Source: Octopus sinensis (lineage: Eukaryota). Taken from it: a stretch of 64,000 nucleotides of DNA. Shown piece after piece: positions 1-10,110 of the stretch. Each line of letters starts with the position of its first letter. Positions within the stretch are counted from its first letter, which is position 1. The notes beneath the pieces are model-generated. The model was given only the letters and a program-made list of their open reading frames with translations, made no database searches and was not told the origin of the DNA. The stretch is from assembly GCF_006345805.1 (NCBI RefSeq), contig NC_043011.1:28532464-28596463 (forward strand), given 5' to 3'. The position numbers were made by a program, and so were the translations under genes.

Positions 1-252
1 AAGTAGTGTGGGCGATTCAATTGTCCCTCCAAAATAATCGAGCTTTGGTCGAAAAGAAATAGAAATTAATATTAAGAGCGGTAGCCTGGCACTTTACATT
101 GTGTGTTCAAATACGCCCAAGTCAAATTTTTCTGTCATTCTACAGGAGTTGATATAATGAACTACCAATAAGTAGCTTATATCGATGGTATCGACTAAGC
201 CCATCTCCGCAAAACTGCTGGTCTTCTGCCTAACTTAGAAACCATTCATCGC

Positions 253-1200
253 GGCGGTGGGGAGGCGAGCCGGCAGAATCGTTAGCGTATCGGATAAATT
301 GCTTAACAGCATTTTCTCCGTCTTTACGTTCTGAGTTCAAATTCCACCGTGGCCAAATTTACCTATCATCATTTCAGGCTTAACGAAATAAGTACTAGTT
401 TATTTTATTAAATTTGCCATAAAGGCAGTACATAGAGTAAGGTAGCTTGCGGGCTGGACACGGACATTAATGAGATGAATGATAATGATACAAGGATGAT
501 AGGGATGGGAGAAGACAAAAAGCGCCCGCCGACTTTTGCTTCTCTAAAACATTCTTTTTAAAAAACACCGAATGGGGTCTTAGCCCTCTTACCAATTTTA
601 CAATTATTCCAATTTATGGACTAAAAAGTCCATTACAAATTAAAGCAATTTAACACACATAATGAGGCGATAAACCTGTTACACAAATGAGTCTCCATCC
701 CCAATCAACTTTCTTGCCTCCTGCAGGCATTCCTACAACCCCTAGTTGGGGGCCCATAAACAAAATCTATACTCCTCCTTTGAGAAGGGGTCCCTTATAC
801 AGTAGAAGTTCCTTTCTTCTAGTACCAGAGCAGCCACCTGCGGAGGCCACTTTGGAATACAAGTCGAGTCTTTCAAGTCCCGACTATTAAAGGAACTTTG
901 TATAAAATTATCTCTAATCCCTCCCCTGAAATAGATCACATATTCTTCAACATTTCCACTGGGAGGGGGCTTTCTTCTACACACCCACCCATCCCGCTCA
1001 GGTGGCAAACGTCCCACCGAAGGGGTTTCGGGACATGCCGCCAGTGCACCAGCAACCGCCGGCAATGTCCCGTTTTTCTTCTTTCTGTTTTTTTCTTTCC
1101 CTTTTACGTACTAGAAATAAGTACTAATTGAGTTCAAAGCTCGATATAATCGTCTAACCCCTCCCGCAATATTTCAAGTCTTGTGACTATACTAGAAAGG
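253..1200 (+). mobile_element. SINE-A copy (tRNA-like head, short tail) split by a 716-bp insertion at 398-1113
   Basis: Head GGCGAGCCGGCAGAATCGTTAGC with B-box-like GAGTTCAAATTCC. The body stops at GAAATAAGTACTA (385-397), resumes after the same 13-mer (1114-1126), and continues to the GTCTTGTGACTATACTAGAAAG tail. Confidence 0.8.
398..1113 (-). mobile_element. Non-autonomous retroelement with L1/Tx1-type 3' tail and short ORF remnant (742-1065)
   Basis: Bounded by a 13-bp TSD. The minus-strand 3' end CTCTATGTACTGCCTTTATGGCAAATTTAATAAAATAAAC resembles the LINE/SINE tail elsewhere in the window. It carries a GC-richer 107-aa ORF of unknown homology. Confidence 0.65.
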
Positions 1201-1329
1201 ATTAATAACAGCGGTGGCGGGACAGAATCGGTAGAGCGCTGGGGAAATACTTCCACCTATTAGTTCTGGCTCTTCCCCTGTCCCGAAATTTTTGATAGAA
1301 TCTTATTATGCTGCGCCCAAAGGGATTGC

Positions 1330-1845
1330 ACCCTGAGTTCAAATTCCATCAAGGTCGACTTTGCCGTTCATACATTCTGGGTCGATAAAATAAAGTAGCA
1401 GTCAAGTATTGGGGTTGATTACATCGACTTCCTCTCTCCTTAAGATTGCTGGCCTTGTGCCCAAAGCTAGAAAGAATATAATGCCCAAAGAGCCTTAAGC
1501 AAGATTCTTAGTTGTATTGCTTTCCACCGAGATCAACTTTGCCTTTCAACTTTCCAAAGATCATATAATAAAGTATCATTCAAGTACTAGAGTCGAGTAG
1601 CATCTTCCTTAAAAATTTTTTGGTCCTGTACTTGTACTGATTTCAAATTTTGGCACAATTCCAGCAGTTTCGGAGGAGGGAGTAAGTCGATTACATGGAT
1701 ACCAGTGATCAACTTATTTTATCGAGCCCCAAAGGAGGAAAGGCAAAGTTGATCTCCGTCGTATTTGAATTCAGAACGTAAGGAAGGAGGAAATACCACT
1801 TAGTAGTTTGCCCAGCGTGCTAACGATTGTGCTAGTTTGCCACCT
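1330..1845. mobile_element. Three SINE-A fragments (two +, one - at about 1640-1845)
   Basis: Recurring motifs CTGAGTTCAAATTCC, GGTCGACTTTGCC, GCTGGCCTTGTGCC and their reverse complements. Confidence 0.7.
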
Positions 1846-1857
1846 TTGGCCTTATAC

Positions 1858-1886
1858 CTATGTTGTTGTTGTTGTTGTTGTCGTCG

Positions 1887-1929
<43 letters not shown>

Positions 1930-1950
1930 CGTTTGTTTGTTTGTTTGTTC
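1858..1950. repeat. (GTT)n / (GTTT)n microsatellite
   Basis: Direct reading. Confidence 0.95.
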
Positions 1951-3431
1951 CTTCTCGAGCCATGCATGAAGATAAAGTGGCGATGAAGATAAAGTGGCGA
2001 TGAAGATAAAATGGGTGAAGGAAAAAAGTTGGGGTAATGACGAACATATATTTTCTTAATTTTTCTTTCGTATTTTTTTTCCTTTTATATAGCTACCTAC
2101 TCATGAGGTTCAGTAATCAAGTGACATCACTGAACGACAAACACATTTCTAGTAAAACAAAAAACAGCCAGTCTTTATCAACATAAAAATTTTAGATATT
2201 TGTGAACAGTAATGACACGTATTCAATAAATAGGACACACAATGCACCAACTCTCTCTATACTCGTTGAACTTAAAGGTATTGTAATCTGACTAGGAGCG
2301 TAATGAATTGGTTGGTCGTTGTATATTTTCGTTCAACATTCCGTACAATTTCACGCAACGTTTGAGTTTTGTTATCTAGAGAAAACAAAAACAACTAATC
2401 CAATAGATTGAAAATGCCATCAACAATAGCATTAAAAATCATATATATTAACAACTCCAAAAGATGCAGCATCAATAACAGCCACAGATTCTCCACACTC
2501 TCCTCTTTTTCCATTCTTTCCTTCTTTTTTTCTTTTTTCTTTCTTTCTCTCTCCCTCTCCGTCTTCCTCTACCTCGTACTTTCTCTCTTATTTAGGATCA
2601 ACGGTAAATTCCATTAGACCTTGTCTACTGAAGTTACTTTTTTCTAATGTCACACGCTAGTGGACAACCAATTTTCAAAACATCGCTGTAAACAATGTTG
2701 TTGTTGTTGTTGTTGATGATGATGACGATGATGACGATGATGATGATGTAATCGTCGTTATTGTTGCCGTGACTGTCGTTGATGATGCAGATGTTGTAGT
2801 CCTCTTTATAGTTGTGGTTGGTGATGATGATAGATCATGGTGATGACAATGATGGTATAGTCGACGTTGTTATTTAGCCTCGGGTCAAGACCTGATGGAG
2901 CAAACCTATAATAAACTCCAATAACGATCATCAACACAACTTCAGAGAGTTTTAGGATTCTGTCCTGTGGGTTTCAGATCTATACAAAAGCTGTTTCAAA
3001 TGTAAAGCTTTTGTGAGCAGTTCTGCTCTTAATGGCCTTTAGCTATCATTTTGTACTGCTTTCGTTTCTTTTCTTTTTTTTTCCTCTTTTGCTTTTATAA
3101 GTATTGTTAGAGATGGGAATCGTAGTTGATACACGAGAATATGCTTATTTGTAAAATGCGGGCATGGCTGTGTGGTTAAAAAGTTCTTTTCGTTGGCAAC
3201 CGTGTAGTTTTGGATTCGGAACCACTGCGTGGCAGCTAACGCAAGTGTCTTGTATTACAAGGCAGAGTAAGGACTTGCTCGTGAAGTTGGTGGGCGAAAA
3301 CTGTGCGGAATATAGTTATGCGTATATAGATAGACAGACAGACAGACGACAAACAGATAGTTAGATAGATATATATATAGAGAGAGAGAGATTGATAGAT
3401 AGATAGATAAACACACACATGTGTGTGTGAA

Positions 3432-3498
3432 GGCATGTGTTTAGTGGTTAGAGGATTCAGCCCCTGATCGTAAGGTCATGAGTTCAATTACCAGCGAC

Positions 3499-3576
<78 letters not shown>

Positions 3577-3935
3577 CAGATATTCATGTATACACACACA
3601 CACCTGTGTGTGTGAATGAAGGCAAGTGATTTAGTGGTTAGGGGATTCAGCCTCTGATCGTAAGATCGTTAGTTCAATTCCCAGCGACGTGTTCTGTCCT
3701 TGAGCAAGACACTTTATTTCACGTCATTCTAGTCCACTCAGCGGGCAAAAATGAGTTATACCTGTAATTCAAAGGGCCAACCATGCCACATGCTGTGTCA
3801 TGCTGAAACTCCCTCAGAACTACGTTAAGGGTTCACGTGTCTGTGGAGTGCTAAACCGCTCACACATTAATTTCACGTGTAGGCTGTTGCAGTAATGAGA
3901 TCAACTGGTACCCGTGTCGTTGCATCCGACGCAAT
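3432..3935 (+). mobile_element. SINE-C: head-only copy (3432-3498) and near-full copy (3621-3935) separated by (GATA)n
   Basis: A-box-like TTTAGTGGTTAG, B-box-like GAGTTCAATTCCC and body TCCTTGAGCAAGACACTTTATTTCACG. Matches the reverse complement of 57921-58236. Confidence 0.8.
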
Positions 3936-4394
3936 GCTTCGACCAAGCCTGACCTTTCTTTCTTGTTTCGACTATCATCCGTGCAACATCTATACTCCTC
4001 CCTATGCCTGTCGTCTCTTATGTTCCTGCCATAAGGCTTCACCTCCTCACACGCCAGCTTAATTTAATTCGTCCTTAGTCGAGAGACACCTGTTGTTAAT
4101 GTCTTTTATTTGCATTTGTATTTGTGTACCATTTCTCCGTTTTTTCCGTCCTTGTTTTCGTATACATTCGCTGCTTTCTTCCAAGGAATCTAGTGCTCTT
4201 AGCTTAGTTTTTCCTTGTGGCTGGCTAGATTGGACCAATCTCAATTATAACCAGCCGAAATTACAAAGATAATCTGAAATTCGACTGAAGAAAGAAAACT
4301 CCGAATGACTCGTCCATTTTTTGGTATCGTCTGTCTGGATGTTTTGCGTTCTTGTCCCATCTTTGGTATTCCCTTATATATATATTATATATAT

Positions 4395-4440
<46 letters not shown>

Positions 4441-4446
<6 letters not shown>

Positions 4447-5213
4447 AAAAATATGGTAAAGTAAAAAAATTCACTTTACCACACACCGAACTTTTCAGAA
4501 ATAGCAGCCAAAAATTTGGCTATTTCTTCAACTGCAAATAAAAGTCTCCAGACATGCATACTCAGAAAATAACTCACATAGGTATAAGGAAAAAACAATG
4601 AAAGATCACATCCATATACGATACCCGAGGACAGTCTGTTTCTGGATTTGTGGGTAAAACGCCACTTTTCCTTCATCAGCTCAGAGATTTCTTCTGATTT
4701 AGATTTGAAAATACTAAGAATCAAACATACCCGTCCGATATCTGTAACATCGGACAAACATGCCAGACACCCAGTACTAGCGAATCCAAAAATACGAGTG
4801 AGATCTATTATTCTCCCTGTCCACCCACGTGAGTCATAGAGCATTACATTTCTACAGAGGTAAAAACTGCAGTTCAAATTCTTGGAGAGAAAGCATTATA
4901 TTGTCATCAAAAAAGGGGTAGAATTAATTAATTGTTAATAAATTCGACCAAGCAGTATTCGGTATGTAAAGACCATTTACGGTATATTTGCAGTATATTT
5001 ACGGTATATTTACGGTATATTTTTATTTGCAGTTGAAGAAATAGCCAAATTTTTGGCTGCTATTTCTGAAAAGTTCGGTGTGTGGTAAAGTGAATTTTTT
5101 TACTTTACCATATTTTTATAAATTAATACTTCAAATATACCGTAAATGGTCTTTACATACCGAATACTGCTTGGTCGAATTTATTAACAATTAATTAATT
5201 CTACCCCTTTTTT
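4441..5213. mobile_element. PLE pLTR-like insert beside (TA)n with nested inverted repeats
   Basis: 4441-4543 is the reverse complement of 5021-5123 and 4909-4990 is the reverse complement of 5132-5213. It contains a hammerhead motif at 4625-4684. Confidence 0.7.
4625..4684 (-). ncRNA. Type I hammerhead ribozyme motif
   Basis: Minus strand CTGAG-CTGATGA-A-GGA-aaa-GTGG-cgttttac-CCAC-aaa-TCC-A-GAAA-CAG-a-CTG-T-C-CTCGG: canonical CUGAUGA/GAAA core, 5-bp stem I, GUC triplet. Confidence 0.7.
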
Positions 5214-5994
5214 GCAGAAGTGGGTAATAGTTTATGTGTCGGCTGTATCATAACACTTTGAGTTGACGGTAATGCTTCAGAGGAATACTAAAAAGAAAAG
5301 AAAAACAGGGAGTCTACACCTGGATGAGATAATCGAAATTCTGTGCTCGTTTGGGCACCAATCACAACCCATGCTGTCCAAAGGTTGCGGATGTTTACAA
5401 TGTCTTGAATGAGTAGGGCTTTCGAAATTATGTGTTTGCAATGGTTGTCTATTAACTTTCGACATACTGTACTTCCTGGGATTGAAAGAAATATACGAAA
5501 TTATTTCCAGCTGCTTATGTAACCTATCCACGGAATGCAAATTATTATACACCTTGGGTGATATTTTCGAGATCTTGTGCTCTCTAGAATGCAAATCAAA
5601 AACTAGAAGCAGAAGCGGACATTAAATTATGCAACAGATGGTAAGCTACTTTATCTAGCAGGAGCTGTACACGGGTTCGTGTGCCATGAGAGACTGAACA
5701 CTGTAAGTTGAACAATATTACGTTGGTCATCCTGTAATAAAAGCAGAGGCTGTTATCTGGCCTCTGTTTTGATTTAATGAAATGTAATTAACATTTCAGG
5801 TCTGGCTTATGTCTATCACCAGTTTGAATGGAATCAATATTTTATGTCTAGCTTAGATCCTTGGTTAGTTCAAATTTGGATTCACGTTTAGCCCGGACCT
5901 ATCATCAGGTTTACACGGGCTTGACAATAACAACAAAAGTATGTAAAAAAAAAAGATTCTGATTTAGGTACGAGAGAAGTAATCTTGTAGAAAG

Positions 5995-7800
5995 TGGCTT
6001 AGCCGATAACATCTAACCCAGTTCTTGACTGGTACTTTAATTTATCGATCCTGAAAGGATGAAAATCAAAGTTGACCTCAGTGAGATTAGAATCTATGGC
6101 GTAAAGAGCTGGAACAAAACAGTAATTTTTCTTTTATAACGCTCTAACAATTCCGCAAGATCTATTTCCTTTTCTTTTATTACCCACAAGGGGCTAGATA
6201 CAGAATGGTCCAATTACAAAACAAACATATACAAAGACGGGGAACTTAAAAATACAAAAGAAGATGAAATAAGAATAGAAAAAATTAAAAGAAACGAATG
6301 GTAATATGAAGAGTGTATAAAATGAGGCGCAATGCCTACTCGATCCCCGAAATCGAGTGGTTACATTTGGACAGTTTTTTTCCTTTTCAATGCACATTTC
6401 AAAGACTTTTTTTTTTTTTTTGCTTCACTAATTACAAATAAATTTCTTTTAATTTTTCTAACTCTTCAACTTCAATTTCCGAAGATGGAATTTCAGGCAA
6501 TAGAAAACTTTTCACATCATATGTAATTTCAGCAATTTCTTTTTTAAATTTATAATACTTTTCACAAGGCATTAAAATTCTCTTATCGCCTACATCAAAA
6601 TTGTCTTCCGACAACTTCACATTCACCAGTTTCCCCATTTTCTCAACTATTCTTTCTGCTTTCTCATCTTCTTCGTACAAAACCAAAACTCCCTGATATC
6701 CAACTCAGTCACACTCCTCTGCTTTTCTTTTTTTCGAATTTTGGTGCAAAACCAGTAACTTTGAAGAAAGGGGAGAGTCGATAACATCGACCTTAGTTTT
6801 TTACTGATATATCATTTTATCGGTTCTGAAAGGATGAAAAGTATAGTTGAACTCGGCGAGATTTGAACATGGAATGTAAGGATTTAGAACAAGAAATTTT
6901 TTCCGACGATTTAACGATCCTGCTAGCTCACCGCCTTTACGACAAAAGTAGTAATACTTTTCTACTGCATACACAAGGTAGGAAATTTTCTGTGAATGTG
7001 CAAGCGGAATACATCGACCGCGCCAAAGCTCAAAGCTGCTTATTTTATCAGCCTTAAAAGGATGCACTCCGAACGTCAACTCGGACGAAATGCCGGTAAG
7101 AATTTTTTACCAGATGTTAACGATTCTACCAGCTCGCCGCCTTACAACACAGAAAATAATAATGGTTTCAAATTTTGGCTTAAGGCCAGCAATTTTGGTG
7201 AGAGGATTAAGTCCATTACATCGAACTCGGTGTCCAAAAGGTGCATATTTTATCGATCCCGAAAGGCTGAAAGGCGAAGGCGACCTCGGCAGAGTTTGAA
7301 CTCAGAGCACAAAGACGGACGAAATGCAAGTAAGAATTTTATTGTCATGCGAGCTAAGGATCCTTCTATCGCGCCGCATTAACAAGAAAGAAAAAATAAT
7401 GGTTTCGAATTTTAGCACTGGGGTTGGATAAGCCGATTACATTGTCCCCAGTACTCAACTGATGCTCATTTTGTCGACCCGGCAGAATTTGAACTTAGAA
7501 CGTAATGACGGACGAAATGCCGCTAAGTATTTCGCCCGGCATGCTAACAATTCAGCCAGATTGAAGCCTTTTCACTAATAATAACCATTTCTACTATGTG
7601 CACGAGGCCTGAATTTTGGGGAAGGGGGACTAGTCAATTACATCGACGCCGGTACTCAACTCCTATTTATTTCATCGACCCCGAAAGGATGAAAAGTTAA
7701 GTCGACGTCAGAGAAACTTGAACCCAGAACGTGCAGACAGGCGAAATGCCGCTAAGCATTTTGCCAAGCGCGCTAACGATTCTGCCAACTCACCGCCTCT
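5995..7800 (-). mobile_element. Head-to-tail cluster of six diverged SINE-A copies (about 5995-6165, 6735-6940, 6985-7145, 7165-7380, 7400-7575, 7590-7800)
   Basis: Repeated CCGAAAGGATGAAAGGCAAAGTCGAC...GGAATTTGAACTCAGAACGT...CTGCCAGCTCGCCGCC-type segments, all on the same strand. Confidence 0.8.
6163..6730 (-). mobile_element. Non-autonomous retroelement with L1/Tx1-type 3' tail and 84-aa ORF remnant (6432-6686)
   Basis: Minus-strand end TTGTAATTGGACCATTCTGTATCTAGCCCCTTGTGGGTAATAAAAGAAAAGGAAATA matches the LINE 3' end at 10111-10165. No TSD found. Confidence 0.55.
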
Positions 7801-7806
7801 AATAAT

Positions 7807-7841
<35 letters not shown>

Positions 7842-7863
7842 TAATAATAATAATAATATTTTA

Positions 7864-8093
7864 GGGCGGCGAGCTGGCAGAAATGTTAGCACGCCGGGCG
7901 AAATGCGTAGCCGTATTTCGTTTGCTGTTACCTTCTGAGTTCAAATTCTGCCGAGGTCGACTTTGCCTTTCATCCTTTCGGGGTCGATAAAATAAGTACC
8001 AATTATGAACTGGGGTCGATGTAATCGACTTAATCCCTTTGTCTGTCCTCGTTTGTTCCCTCTATGTTTAGCCCCCTGTGGGCAATAAATAAA

Positions 8094-8124
<31 letters not shown>

Positions 8125-8315
8125 TAATATTTTCTACAATAGACATTAGGCCTGAAATTTTACAGGAGGGGGCTAATCGATTACATTGAACCCGGTACAC
8201 AACTATAAGGGCAAAGTCGACCGCGGCGGAAATTTGAACTGAGAACGTTACGACGGACGAAATGCTGCTAAGCATTTTTGCCGGGCGTGCTAACGATTCT
8301 GCCAGCTCTCCGTCT
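7864..8315. mobile_element. SINE-A long-tail copy (+, 7864-8090) and short-tail copy (-, about 8135-8315)
   Basis: Full head GGCGGCGAGCTGGCAGAAATGTTAGCACGCCGGGCGAAATG and tail TTTAGCCCCCTGTGGGCAATAAA, followed by the reverse-complement copy. Confidence 0.85.
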
Positions 8316-8319
8316 TCGA

Positions 8320-8368
<49 letters not shown>

Positions 8369-8740
8369 GAACACCCCCGCCAACAATAATGACCGTAACA
8401 ACAACATTGATAGCAAGATCGTGAATATGATGCAACAGAATTTACAACAACCTCAAGGTTTGTCGTACGTACAACTGTTAACGACAGCTAAGTCATTCAC
8501 TCTTGAGATTTGATCGTTAAGAGTGCTGAGAGCAGCAACTTCAGCGTTAAAACAACAACGATAGTAGGAACTACATGCGAATACAGATATGGGAGTAGAT
8601 TAATCGCATCCATTACAGGTCAGGCACGGCAGCAACAGCAGCAGGAGCCCTCATCAACAACTGCTATGAGTTAAGTATGGAATTGCTTTCACCGCAACTG
8701 CTTCGAATAAGGTATCAAGTACTACTACTACTACTACTAC

Positions 8741-8772
<32 letters not shown>

Positions 8773-8839
8773 CTGCTGCTGCTGCTGTTGCTGATGCTGC
8801 AAGTGATAATGCTACAGATAACAATAATTGTCATATATT

Positions 8840-8927
8840 TACTATAACATATATACATATATGCAGATTATATGTGTGTATGCGTACACACACACACACA
8901 TACATACATACATGTATATATATATAC

Positions 8928-8973
<46 letters not shown>

Positions 8974-9036
8974 ATCCTGTGCCGGGACACCGGTTTGTCC
9001 AAAGAGTAACTGGATATATCGAAATGAATGTCGAGC

Positions 9037-9114
<78 letters not shown>

Positions 9115-9181
9115 GTATATATATATTATATATATATATACACATATATATATATACATATATATATACATATATATATAC

Positions 9182-9215
<34 letters not shown>

Positions 9216-9225
9216 AGATAGATAA

Positions 9226-9270
<45 letters not shown>
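8840..9270. repeat. Compound (TA)n/(CA)n/(GATA)n microsatellite
   Basis: Direct reading; explains the YI-repeat ORFs. Confidence 0.95.
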
Positions 9271-9774
9271 GGATGAGCTTTTAATTTTTCTGACCACCAA
9301 ATACACTCTGAACGCTTTTGGTCAGCACCGGCTGTAATAAGAGATACTTGGCCAATGTGCCACGCATTATACATACATACATTCGTAACCAGAACTTTCC
9401 CTCACAGAGTATGATAAAAAAAAATTGTTTCTCAGTCTATGAACACACATTTTTTTAAAAGTATCCAGTCTCCTAACTATTAGTAATTATTCATACGCCT
9501 TGCGTGTGTCTGTGGGTTCGCGCGTTTGTGCTGATATTTCGATAGATAGACAGATAGATAGATAGAGAGAGAGAAAGAGAGAGAGGGGAGAGGGGGGAGG
9601 GGAGAAGACAGAAAGACAAACTACCTGACTGATTGAATGATATTTAGGTAGATTAATAAATGCGCACATCGATAAATACATAGATGCACAGATATTTGCG
9701 TGCGTACATACATGTATATATTCATAAATACATACTTACTTCGAAAAGTATGCGTGGCGTTCGATCATATAATA

Positions 9775-10029
9775 ATATAAATAATATATAAATATATGCA
9801 TATATACATACATATATGTACATACCTACATATATATATATATGTATATATATACATGCATATATGGGTATACATACATGCATGCATGCATACATACATA
9901 CATACATACATACATACATACATACATACATACATACATACATACATACATACATACATACATACATACATGCGTACGTACGTGCATAAATACATAGCGA
10001 GAGAGAGAAACAGAAATAGATAGATAGAT

Positions 10030-10110
<81 letters not shown>
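9775..10110. repeat. Compound (TA)n/(CATA)n/(GATA)n microsatellite
   Basis: Direct reading. Confidence 0.95.

Noticed and set aside
1968-2015. 17-bp tandem duplication GATAAAGTGGCGATGAA
   Set aside because: Ordinary slippage repeat with no further structure
4280-4312. Hammerhead at CTGAAGAAAGAAAACTCCGAATGAC
   Set aside because: GAAA broken, stem II and triplet not formable; too degenerate, although the 4050-4375 segment may be a pLTR
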